IMG/VR virus record: IMGVR_UViG_3300029740_000238
Reading direction: 5' to 3' (one strand)
Length of the DNA: 61,506 nt
Origin: a virus
Taxonomy: Duplodnaviria > Heunggongvirae > Uroviricota > Caudoviricetes
Positions 48,144 through 57,714 of this stretch are shown piece by piece; the first letter of the stretch is position 1, and each line of letters opens with the position of its first letter. Made by a program: the position numbers and the translations under genes. The notes beneath the pieces were generated by a model. The model saw only the letters and a program-made list of their open reading frames with translations. It was not told the DNA's origin and did not search any database.

Positions 48144-48584
48144 ATGAGTAAAAACAAGAACCAAAACAAAAATCAGACAAGTTACGAAGAGCAAAACCGA
48201 CAGCTTGTCGATGCTCTCTATGAGCAAAAACTTGTAAAGCCAACATGCAGCGACTGCGATGACTATTTTGGTGCGATGGTTTCCATCTTGGCAAAACGCG
48301 GATTCGAGCAGGAAGCTTTCGAGCGAGAGCTTCACAAATGCGAAGGGAAAATGAAGAAAAGCCTTGAGGATAGTGGCAACCCATATTTCTTGTGGCTTGT
48401 GCATAATTGTCAGGCGTGTTGGCTATCTACGCCGGTTGATGTTGCAACGCCCGGAAGCGAGGATTACGATACATGGTCTTACTATATGTACAGTAATGAC
48501 GTAAAGGCGTATCTTATCACGGTAAACGAAAAAGTCGAAAAAGTGGCATATCCGAAATGTTTGGAGGTGCTGCGAGAAAAATAA
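48144..48584 (+). CDS. Hypothetical protein
   Basis: 146-aa ORF, RBS aaggag. Confidence 0.65.
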   Translation: MSKNKNQNKNQTSYEEQNRQLVDALYEQKLVKPTCSDCDDYFGAMVSILAKRGFEQEAFERELHKCEGKMKKSLEDSGNPYFLWLVHNCQACWLSTPVDVATPGSEDYDTWSYYMYSNDVKAYLITVNEKVEKVAYPKCLEVLREK

Positions 48585-48598
48585 AGGGGTAAGTAAAA

Positions 48599-50881
48599 TT
48601 GGATAACACTACTATCACGCTAAACAAGTGCAACGTAAAGCGTGTACTGAAGGCCGTACCAACAAGCACAAATTACGCCTGCTGTATTTTTACAACTTGT
48701 GTAAAAGGGCAAGAGGATATGTTTCCTCCTGAGGTGCGCAGATACGGCGGGATGACGGCAGAATTCAAAGCCACATCTCAGCATATTCCCGTTGAGCTGT
48801 TGAAGAAAATTTCATTTCGCCTGGAAGGACATTGGGCACCGGATTCTAAAGAGGAAAACGAGAAAATCTTCGTTGCAGAAAAAGCAACCGAGATTTTGCC
48901 TGAAACCGAAAGCGAGGTTTGCAAGTTCCTGATGCGGAATTGCAGCAGTTTAGGAAAGACGATGGCAAACCATATTGTTGAACGTTTTGGGATGAACACA
49001 TTGGACGTTTGCGCTCATCACTGCAAACAGCTGCTTGACATTCCAAGAATCGATGACAAGGTCATTGCCAAACTCAACGATGCCTGCTTGTCCGCTCTGG
49101 TCCGCGCAGATGTTCTTAAACTTCTGCAAGGCGTAGACGTTTCACCATCCGCTATCAACACATTGGTTGAGACGTACGGAAATGAAACGATTCACGTTCT
49201 GGAAAACAATCCCTATAAGCCCGTCCCGATTTTGGGCTTTACGGTGATGGACCAGATTGCGCTGGCAATGGGCGAGCCGGTAGATTCCGAGCGCCGCATG
49301 ACCTGCGCGACAATCGAAGCATTACATATCACCTGCCAAAAGACAGGAAGTATGTGTGCGGAAGAGAGCGCTATCTTAGCTCGGATGGCCGCGCTCACTC
49401 CACAGGTGAGTGCAGAACGTCAAAAAGAATCGCTTGATGATGTTGCCAAGGTATATGCGATTGTCAAGCAGGGCAAATACTACTACGATAAAGACGATTT
49501 CCTGGCAGAGCGTAAAATGTCAGCTAAAATCGTTGAACTTGCCAGTGCTGAGCCGATAAAAGAGCGAGAAATCGAGGACGCTTTCATCAAATGGCAGAAA
49601 GAGAATGCAATCATTCTCTCTCCACGACAGGCTGAAGCCGTTCGAAACCTAAAGTACCGTATCTCTATCGTCACTGGTGGCCCCGGTACAGGCAAGACCA
49701 CTTGTCTGCGGGCTATCATGGATGTGTACCATATGGTATGGCCGGAGGAACATATTCTATTGATGGCTCCAACGGGCTTGGCCGCCAAGCGTATGGCGGA
49801 AAGCACCGGTATGAACTCATCCACGATTCATAAGGCTTGTGGCTTGGTTCCGGCAAATAATCCGAGCGGATTCACAGCGCAAGGAGACTGCACCATCTGC
49901 GGTTTCATTGGCATTGATGAAATGAGTATGGTCGGTGAACACCTATTCGCTTATGCAATCGACTCTGTTTTGAGCAGCCCATCCACCAGAATTGTGCTGC
50001 TTGGCGATACGGACCAGTTGGCTCCTGTAGCTCGTGGTGACGTTTTGCGTGATTTAATCAAGTGCGGCGTTATTAAAACCGTTCGCCTTGATGTCAACTA
50101 TCGGCAGGGGAGTACCTCGACGATTACAGATGCTTCCATCAAGATTCGTGAGAATCGCGCTTATACCGGAAATACCCGGAATCTTATGTTTGATGATGAA
50201 TTTCGCTTTGTTCCGGTTGCTGAAAAGGATAAGGAAAAAGAAGCGAATGAAATCATGAATCATATCGTTGAGGAGTATCTGAATGGCGTATCCAAATACG
50301 GTATGGAAGGGACGATTGTTCTGACTCCTACGCATTATGATAAAGGCACGCCGAGCGGATATCTTTGCAAGAACCGTGTCAACGCTGCAATTCAGGCGAT
50401 TGTGAACCCTAAAACGGATGATAAGCTCTGTGTTGAAATCGGCAAGCAACTGTTTATGGTTGGCGACCGAATCATTCAGCGAAAGAACACCGAGCAGGTC
50501 ATTAACGGTGACTTGGGAACGATTCAATCAATTGCCCAGCTGGAAAGCGATGTTGCCGTTGAAATCTATTTTGATTCGAAAGGAGAAACCTTAGTTTATA
50601 ATAATGAAGATATGAAAGATATTGAGCTTGCGTATGCCATTACCGTGCATAGCTCTCAGGGATGCGAATTTCCTTGCTGCATTATTCCGGTGAGTATGAC
50701 ATACGGAGTGATGTTGACAAAGCCTTTGTACTATACCGGTATTACGCGAGCTAAAAAGAAGCTTGTGATGATTGGCGATGAGGAAGCATTGAAATATGCG
50801 CTTCAGAATTTCCGTAAACAAACCCGCAAATCCTTGCTCGGTCCGCGCATCATCACGAAACTAAAAAAAGCCAAAACATAA
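48599..50881 (+). CDS. recD2: Second RecD2-like SF1B helicase
   Basis: NNPY, TGGPGTGKTT, APTGLAA, IDEMSMV, LGDTDQL, LAYAITVHSSQGCEF, YTGITRAK. Confidence 0.92.
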   Translation: MDNTTITLNKCNVKRVLKAVPTSTNYACCIFTTCVKGQEDMFPPEVRRYGGMTAEFKATSQHIPVELLKKISFRLEGHWAPDSKEENEKIFVAEKATEILPETESEVCKFLMRNCSSLGKTMANHIVERFGMNTLDVCAHHCKQLLDIPRIDDKVIAKLNDACLSALVRADVLKLLQGVDVSPSAINTLVETYGNETIHVLENNPYKPVPILGFTVMDQIALAMGEPVDSERRMTCATIEALHITCQKTGSMCAEESAILARMAALTPQVSAERQKESLDDVAKVYAIVKQGKYYYDKDDFLAERKMSAKIVELASAEPIKEREIEDAFIKWQKENAIILSPRQAEAVRNLKYRISIVTGGPGTGKTTCLRAIMDVYHMVWPEEHILLMAPTGLAAKRMAESTGMNSSTIHKACGLVPANNPSGFTAQGDCTICGFIGIDEMSMVGEHLFAYAIDSVLSSPSTRIVLLGDTDQLAPVARGDVLRDLIKCGVIKTVRLDVNYRQGSTSTITDASIKIRENRAYTGNTRNLMFDDEFRFVPVAEKDKEKEANEIMNHIVEEYLNGVSKYGMEGTIVLTPTHYDKGTPSGYLCKNRVNAAIQAIVNPKTDDKLCVEIGKQLFMVGDRIIQRKNTEQVINGDLGTIQSIAQLESDVAVEIYFDSKGETLVYNNEDMKDIELAYAITVHSSQGCEFPCCIIPVSMTYGVMLTKPLYYTGITRAKKKLVMIGDEEALKYALQNFRKQTRKSLLGPRIITKLKKAKT

Positions 50882-50891
50882 AATTAGTTAT

Positions 50892-50928
50892 AGCGGGAGT
50901 TCCTCATGACAGGAGCTCCCGCTTTTTC
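50892..50928 (+). terminator. Intrinsic terminator
   Basis: agcgggagttcct-catgac-aggagctcccgct-tttt. Confidence 0.85.
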
Positions 50929-50970
50929 GTTTTGTGTGAATAATGCTTCAAATAAACGAATGTATGATTG

Positions 50971-50998
50971 TTGCACGCCTTTGCGAGGTGCAGATAAT
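50971..50998 (+). promoter_or_regulatory. TGCG-class promoter of the transfer operon
   Basis: ttgcac-gccttTGCGaggtgca-gataat. Confidence 0.65.
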
Positions 50999-51081
50999 AG
51001 ATATTGTAGAGTTAAAGGGTTGAACAATCAGTTCACGAAGGCTCTACTACGATGATAATCGAAGGAAGGAGGTAGTTCGAA

Positions 51082-51492
51082 ATGAATATGAAAAACAGCT
51101 TGCAGAAACGCACCCCGGTGCAGAACCTCCAGATGGCTGTAGGTACTGCTTGTGCAATGGGCACTGCGGCCATGATGAGCACGGTTATGGCTTATGCAGA
51201 TGTTAGCACTGCTATTGACAAAGTGTTCAACGTAGGCAACCAGGTTAGCAACTCTATTGCTAAAGGCTTGACCAACGTCGTTGTTCCTATCGGCATCGCA
51301 GTATTCCTGTATCTGCTGGTGCGTATGCTGCTGGCCAGTGACCCGAAAGACGTTCAGACTTATAAGAAACGTCTTATCGTGGTTGCCATCATCGTCGTGG
51401 CTGCTGTTGCAGTGCCCGGCCTGATGAAGGTTGCTAATGAACTCGGTGGCCAGATTAACGGCGAGCTCGGCGGCAATAACATTGGCGGCTAA
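51082..51492 (+). CDS. TrbC/VirB2-like pilin
   Basis: Signal peptide ending AYA; two TMs separated by a short basic loop; first gene of the T4SS cluster. Confidence 0.65.
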   Translation: MNMKNSLQKRTPVQNLQMAVGTACAMGTAAMMSTVMAYADVSTAIDKVFNVGNQVSNSIAKGLTNVVVPIGIAVFLYLLVRMLLASDPKDVQTYKKRLIVVAIIVVAAVAVPGLMKVANELGGQINGELGGNNIGG

Positions 51493-51556
51493 TATTCGCT
51501 TTGCGGCTAAAAGGCTCGTCCGAGTAATCGGGCGGGTCTTTTTTTATTGAAAGAAG

Positions 51557-54500
51557 GTGAGCAACATTAACTCTCTTATAAAATGTAAACCCGTAAAAGG
51601 AAAGAAAGCCGTTAAGCGTTCCATGGCCGCTGTTATTCTTGCATTTGCAATGACCGGATGCATTGCGCTTTCTGCGGTTTCTGACCTTGTCAGTAACTTC
51701 CTCAGTCTGGTTGTCATGGTCATCGCACGTATTATCTTGCAGTTTTGTGACCTTATTATGAATCCGCTGCTCGAAATTACGCAGATGACGACAGAAGAAG
51801 TCGCCCATTATATTCCTGGCTTTGCAATGAGTGGGAACGGCATTGGGGGCTATTTTTCACAAGCCATAATGGTAATTTCGACAACAATCGCCGGAGCACT
51901 GATTGCCGTTCGTATCATCTCGTATTTGATGGAAACTGCAGACGGCGCAAGGACCGAAAGCGTACCAAAACTGATTTGGAACGCTGTCTTTGGCATGGTT
52001 CTTACTCTTACAGGCAGTCACTTCCTTCAGTTGATGTTCGATGAAATCATTTCGCCTCTGACAACGGCGTTAAGTGAAGGCGTTACAGGTGGCGGATTGG
52101 GGGAGTTTTCGTTTGAAGACTCTGGCATGAAAATTATTGGCCAGACTGAATCTGGCGATGCGGCTGGAACAATAGTTGCATGGATGGGAGGTTTCTCGAT
52201 TGTCGAAGGTGCTTCTCTGGTTGTCAGCGTTGTGTTTCTGTTTTTGATTTGGTGGAACCTGATTAAGTTGGTACTTGAATGTGCGGAACGATACATCATT
52301 TGCGTCTTCACTATTTTGCTTTCGCCTCTGGCGTTTGCCACGGCAACTAACGAAAGAACAAAAGATACGGCAGTCAACTGGATGCAGATGTTCTGGTCAC
52401 AATGTGTTTTGCTAATTCTGAACATTTGGGTCGTTGGTATTGCACGAACGGCATTGAACATCGGATTGGTCGGCGCATCTGTTGAAAGCGTCGTGAAATG
52501 GGGCCTTGTCACATACGCATACCTCAAAATCGCACAAAAGCTGGACGATATGCTTGCAAAAGCCGGATTCCGCATCACAAGCACAACAGGTCTTGACCCG
52601 ATGAGTGAAGCGGCTGGCGCTTTCCGAATTATTGCGGGTGCCGCGCATGATGCTCTTGATTTGGCAGGCAGCGTTGCTGGCCACGGCCGTGCAGCTGCTG
52701 ATGCCATTGGAAATGTTGTAGGCGGCGCGGGCAGTAATAGCAAGCCAATTGCTGCAGGCGTGGCAGCAGCTGCAGGTGCCAATGGCGCAGCAACTGGAGC
52801 TGCAAGCAGTTTGGACAAATACGGCAAGGTCAGCTTTGGTGACAAAGAAAAGGCCGACCGCTTTGTACGTGGGACAAACGCTGAGCGTAGCGACATGTAC
52901 AAAAACCCTGGCGAGACCTTCAACTCCAATTCGAATCGTCAGGCCATGGCAAACGCTCTGGATGAGCTTGGGTTTGATGGTGGCAAGGTGTCTCAGGGTA
53001 CGGTTGAAGACCTGGCTCCCGATAACGCCATTAAAGGCGCTGTCAATGGTAGGGTCACTTACCGCGATGAGAATGGCAAAATTACAGGCGTTTCCGGATT
53101 CCGTTATTCGAGTGATGAATCTGGCACGATTGCAACCAAGACTTCCGACCTGGCTATCAGTCCGGATGGGCAGAGTGCAATCCTTACTACGGATAAAGGT
53201 AAGTTCCGTCTTGAAAACACCGGACGCACTGCGGCAAATGGCTCTCAGGAATGGACAGCTACCCGCATGACGGACGGGAAGGGGAGAAGCCTTGGCGACG
53301 TTATCCCAAATACAAAGAATTCTACATCTTTCAGCGTTCCCGCTGGTCAGCTGAACAAGTATGGCGCAGATGGCGCGGCTGCAATTGCCGCAAGGTCTGC
53401 AATGGAAAGCAAGAATCTGGATTACCTTACTCGTATTACCGATTCTGCGCTTAGCAAACACGACCAGGAACAGGCGGCTGCTGTTACCCGAGATGCCAAA
53501 CAGGCTGAAGCACAAAAGCAATTTGATACTGCCAAAGGAAACTATTCCGGTCGGTTCCAGATGTCCAACGAGCAGCGTGCCGCAGAAATGCGCAACCCGG
53601 ATTCTGCTGTTGATTACAATTCTTCGGAATCTTTGGCCGCAATGCAAGATACGCTTGCAAACGCTGACCCTGAGCTGGCAGAGCAGTTTGCTAAAGGTGC
53701 GAAAGTCACCGGTATTGACATGGCCATGGGCCGTGACGATATGCCTGATGGTGCTTTGACTGTTACGGTCAGCGATGGCAACACTACCGATACTTACATG
53801 GTATCGAACCCGAAGGGCAGCCTGACAGACGAAGAAGCTGCCCAGGTTATTGCATCTGGACGGTTGCCGAAGGGTACTGCTGAAGGCACTGGTGCCTCTG
53901 AAAACGTTACTGGCGATGCCGGTAACGCGACCATGGTTGATGGTGATGCAACCGCTAAGGAAACTGATGCAACCGCACCCGACGAAAATGGCCAGATTGC
54001 ATACAACTCTTTGGCTGACGATGATTCCGGACAGGAAGTTACTGGTGCCGAGGTCGGCGATACGGTTGGCATGACACCGGAGGCTTTCGAGGCCACACAT
54101 ACGCCCGTGGCCGCAATGGATGAACCAGAACCTGAAGCCACTTCTTTCTGGGGACGTGTTGCATCGGTGTTCTCTGGCCACCATGGCAACAGCGAAAGTT
54201 CTGAACCTGGCGTTGTGAATCCCGATACCGTAGCACAGGGTGGAACTACAGACGCTGTGCCTACTGGCAGTGGCGTACCGACACCGCAGACGGCTACGGC
54301 AACTACTACTGCTACAGGAGCAACTGGCTCTGCAAATGCTGCTAATACTGCACATGGTACGACAATCAATACCAATGGTGTTGATAATGCGGCTGCTGGC
54401 AATGCGGAATCTCGCACTCCTGGCGCAAACAACGTGAATGTGGTTAATCCTGACGCTGTTACCAATGGCTCTGGTTCTGTTAAACCTGCATCTACACCTG

Positions 54501-57500
54501 CGGGCGCACCTGTCGCAAATGGTACGGCTACAAGCAAACCGATTAACGCTGCAAATGTAACTGTTACGGGAGCATCTGCATCTGGCAACGCATCTGGTAC
54601 AAGTACGAACGTGCCGCAAGCAAAGTCTGGCAATGGCACGCCTACAAACGCAACCGTTGAGGATTCCGCAACGCCTCTGGTACACGATGGCAATACACCT
54701 ATCAGCGGTGGTGGTACTGCCACAAACAAGGGCGCTGGTCCTGCTATTACGCCCACGCCTGAAGCCACATCTGGCGGCAGTAGTGGTATGACGGAAGGAA
54801 AAGGCACTGAACCCACGGTTGCTCCTACACCTGAAACTACATCTATTGTTGGCAGCCCTGCGGGCAAGAATGGCGCTGCTCCTGAACAGGGAATTAGCAC
54901 CGTTCCTGCTGGCGGCAATGGAGCTGCTCCCGCGACTACACCCACGCCTGAAACTGCACCTACAGCAAAGGGTCAGGGCAATGTCCCGTCTGCAAATGTC
55001 AATACTGTTGGTGAAGACAATACTGCTCCTGCTGGCACTGCCGGTACTACAGCAACGAAGGCAACCGCACCTGTACTCAGCAATGCTGGTACATTGCCCA
55101 CTGAACCTACCACTTCTGGCAGTGAAACTGCTGTCGCTCCTGGCACTCAGGCACAGAATGTATCCGCTAAACCAGCTCCGGGTTCTGAGCCTCAGAGCGA
55201 GAGCGAAATCTCTGCTGGTGGCAACGGCGCGACTGGAGAAGGTAATACAGTCGTTATTGCTTCTCCCGCTCAGGGTGGTAATGTACCTCAGACTAAGGAT
55301 GCAGCTCCTTCTGGACATGTCGAAATGGAAACCTCTGCTGACAGCAGCGTAACTTCTACCGTTACTCAGTCTGCTGGTGAAGACAGCGTTACCAATAGCA
55401 GCGCGGCTCAAACCGAGACTGTTGTGGATGGCACTGGTACTTTCAGTGAAAGCTCCGTTGGGTCTGCGATGCAGTCTGCTACCGACAAGACCGTCACCGA
55501 AGAAGGCCCTGCACCTACAACTACACCGGTAAGCCCCGACAGCAGCGATTTCGCAGCAAATGATTCTACCGTTTCCGTCGAGTCTCCCACTGGTAGTGCT
55601 CCCAGCGAAGAATTTGCTGGTCCTGCAGAGCAGACTACGAGTTACGGTTCTGCTGATGCGGAATTCGGCGGCTCGAATACGCCTTCCGACATCGGCGTCG
55701 TCAATGAAAACGCTGGGTCTACTGATTCCGAGACTCAGTTCGCGAATGACAGCTCTGCTGCGGTTCAGACTCATACACCCGCTAGTCAGGCTGACAATGC
55801 TGCTACAAATGACAATGTGTCTGATGACGCTTCTGTCGATTACGCTGAACCTCCTGCTAACGCAGATAACGCTTCTGGCGGCAGTGCTGCGCCTGTTGTA
55901 CAACATACGGACAATGAACCGGCTGTCGGAGAATCCGATGATTCGGATACATCTTCTGGCTATGTCGGCGGCACTGAGGATGTTGGCTCTGCTGATGTGG
56001 ATGCTTCGCCCATGGATGGTGACTCTGCTACAGTGGAAACTCAGGCACCTGCAAGTTACGCTGATAGAACGGTCGATACTGATGACGAAGCGGCAGGCAA
56101 TGCTGGCCCTGACTATGCTGAACCTCCTGCTGACGCTGGCGGCGCTTCCAATGATGTTGCTGCACCCTCTGCACAACGCACTGACAGCGACGATGTTTCC
56201 GGTGAAGGCAATACGGGCTTCGCTGGAGGTAATGGCGGTGGCGACAATTACAGCTCCGATGAAGAAACTGCACCCACTGCCCAAGGCGTAAAGGCTCCCG
56301 CCGATGAAGATGATTCTGGTATCGGTGAACCCCCTGCAAAGGGAGAAAGCTCTTCCAACGTTGGTGCTGTTGCTGGTCATGCGGCACCTTCTGCTGACGG
56401 TGATGGCGATGATTTCGACGATAACGATGTCGGCTCTGCCTCGTTTGGCGGCAGCAACGGTAGCTCTCACGACGAGAATCCCGGCTCCGATGCTTCTTCG
56501 GGCAGCGGAGAGGAAACTTCCAATGACGATGCTACTGCTCCCACAGTTCAGCATCAGAATGTTGGCAATAATTCTCACAACGATGGCAGTTCGTCCGACG
56601 ATAACGGCGGTACTACCGTAAGCGCACCTTCCACACCTGCGCCTGAAATTCAAGGTGGTGATGCAGTGAGCTCCGAAAGTGCTGGCTCCGACAATGATGG
56701 CTCTGCTGGTCAGACCGCGCCAGCCGCCTCTGTTACTGAAAATACTGCTCCTGCAAAGGCAACTTCCAAGGCGACGGCAGAAGCATCCAGAGCGGAAGAT
56801 AATCCCGCCCCTGCCGCACAAAACTTCAATCATGGCGGTGTTGGCGAAGATACTGGTGACTCTGGTGATGCCGATGGCTCCGCAGCTCGTAAACAGCCTG
56901 CCGAAAAACCTCCTGTGGATGGAACTCAGTTCTATGCTGATACATCTCGCAGTAATTCCTTTACCGAAGCCGGTACATTCAGCGATAATGCCGGTGTATC
57001 CAGTGCCGAACCCAATACATCTGGAGCTTCTAATGGACCTGAAATCAGGCCCTTGAGTCATTTGTCTATCAAAGCATTCAATGATACGAATGGCTTTGTT
57101 GAGAGTGATGGCATTGGCCGTATTCAGGTCACCCGCGTTAGTGTAGACCCCGATACGGGCATTACACAGTGGCGTATCATGCAAAAGCTCGATGCTGATG
57201 GCAACGTTCCTGAGACCCCGGATGTGATGAATATCGAACGGAGTGCTAAGTACAACAAGCAGACCCGCCGGTATGAGCCCGAAACGTTTGAAAGCATTGC
57301 CCGCCAGCTTGGCAAGGTGGATGACTACGAGAGTGTTGGACCTGACACGGATGAGTCTTACAAACGGCGTAATCGAAACTCCAGTCAGGATAGAACCCAA
57401 TCTGCTGCTCGTTCTAATTCCCAGCCTCAGCAGAAAAACGCTTATGAAGGAAAATCGTTCCGTGAAAGCAACTTTCGAAATGAGCGGAACAACAGGTTCC

Positions 57501-57568
57501 AGCAAATGATGCAAGGGAATAAGAATCGCAACGGTTCGAAAAACAAAAAGGATAAGCCGTCCAAGTAA
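51557..57568 (+). CDS. VirB6/TrbL-like membrane protein with very long low-complexity C-terminal extension
   Basis: About 330-aa multi-TM N-domain (AERYII...LSPLAFAT...W..MFWSQ), then >1600 aa rich in Ala/Gly/Ser/Thr/Asp. Confidence 0.75.
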   Translation: MSNINSLIKCKPVKGKKAVKRSMAAVILAFAMTGCIALSAVSDLVSNFLSLVVMVIARIILQFCDLIMNPLLEITQMTTEEVAHYIPGFAMSGNGIGGYFSQAIMVISTTIAGALIAVRIISYLMETADGARTESVPKLIWNAVFGMVLTLTGSHFLQLMFDEIISPLTTALSEGVTGGGLGEFSFEDSGMKIIGQTESGDAAGTIVAWMGGFSIVEGASLVVSVVFLFLIWWNLIKLVLECAERYIICVFTILLSPLAFATATNERTKDTAVNWMQMFWSQCVLLILNIWVVGIARTALNIGLVGASVESVVKWGLVTYAYLKIAQKLDDMLAKAGFRITSTTGLDPMSEAAGAFRIIAGAAHDALDLAGSVAGHGRAAADAIGNVVGGAGSNSKPIAAGVAAAAGANGAATGAASSLDKYGKVSFGDKEKADRFVRGTNAERSDMYKNPGETFNSNSNRQAMANALDELGFDGGKVSQGTVEDLAPDNAIKGAVNGRVTYRDENGKITGVSGFRYSSDESGTIATKTSDLAISPDGQSAILTTDKGKFRLENTGRTAANGSQEWTATRMTDGKGRSLGDVIPNTKNSTSFSVPAGQLNKYGADGAAAIAARSAMESKNLDYLTRITDSALSKHDQEQAAAVTRDAKQAEAQKQFDTAKGNYSGRFQMSNEQRAAEMRNPDSAVDYNSSESLAAMQDTLANADPELAEQFAKGAKVTGIDMAMGRDDMPDGALTVTVSDGNTTDTYMVSNPKGSLTDEEAAQVIASGRLPKGTAEGTGASENVTGDAGNATMVDGDATAKETDATAPDENGQIAYNSLADDDSGQEVTGAEVGDTVGMTPEAFEATHTPVAAMDEPEPEATSFWGRVASVFSGHHGNSESSEPGVVNPDTVAQGGTTDAVPTGSGVPTPQTATATTTATGATGSANAANTAHGTTINTNGVDNAAAGNAESRTPGANNVNVVNPDAVTNGSGSVKPASTPAGAPVANGTATSKPINAANVTVTGASASGNASGTSTNVPQAKSGNGTPTNATVEDSATPLVHDGNTPISGGGTATNKGAGPAITPTPEATSGGSSGMTEGKGTEPTVAPTPETTSIVGSPAGKNGAAPEQGISTVPAGGNGAAPATTPTPETAPTAKGQGNVPSANVNTVGEDNTAPAGTAGTTATKATAPVLSNAGTLPTEPTTSGSETAVAPGTQAQNVSAKPAPGSEPQSESEISAGGNGATGEGNTVVIASPAQGGNVPQTKDAAPSGHVEMETSADSSVTSTVTQSAGEDSVTNSSAAQTETVVDGTGTFSESSVGSAMQSATDKTVTEEGPAPTTTPVSPDSSDFAANDSTVSVESPTGSAPSEEFAGPAEQTTSYGSADAEFGGSNTPSDIGVVNENAGSTDSETQFANDSSAAVQTHTPASQADNAATNDNVSDDASVDYAEPPANADNASGGSAAPVVQHTDNEPAVGESDDSDTSSGYVGGTEDVGSADVDASPMDGDSATVETQAPASYADRTVDTDDEAAGNAGPDYAEPPADAGGASNDVAAPSAQRTDSDDVSGEGNTGFAGGNGGGDNYSSDEETAPTAQGVKAPADEDDSGIGEPPAKGESSSNVGAVAGHAAPSADGDGDDFDDNDVGSASFGGSNGSSHDENPGSDASSGSGEETSNDDATAPTVQHQNVGNNSHNDGSSSDDNGGTTVSAPSTPAPEIQGGDAVSSESAGSDNDGSAGQTAPAASVTENTAPAKATSKATAEASRAEDNPAPAAQNFNHGGVGEDTGDSGDADGSAARKQPAEKPPVDGTQFYADTSRSNSFTEAGTFSDNAGVSSAEPNTSGASNGPEIRPLSHLSIKAFNDTNGFVESDGIGRIQVTRVSVDPDTGITQWRIMQKLDADGNVPETPDVMNIERSAKYNKQTRRYEPETFESIARQLGKVDDYESVGPDTDESYKRRNRNSSQDRTQSAARSNSQPQQKNAYEGKSFRESNFRNERNNRFQQMMQGNKNRNGSKNKKDKPSK

Positions 57569-57714
57569 TTCTTGGACGATACCCTTTTCCCGACTTTCGA
57601 AAGAAAGCCGGGTGTCTCACGAAAAAGCCAGCACCTCCACGGGGTGTGAGATGGAAATGTGCAGAATCTTCTACACAGCTGAGACTGGCTTGATTAAGGA
57701 AGGAGTGGTGTAAA

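Noticed and set aside
52412..57514. 1700-aa minus-strand ORF
   Set aside because: Antisense shadow of the low-complexity 2003-aa gene, whose codon usage avoids antisense stops; no recognisable motifs.
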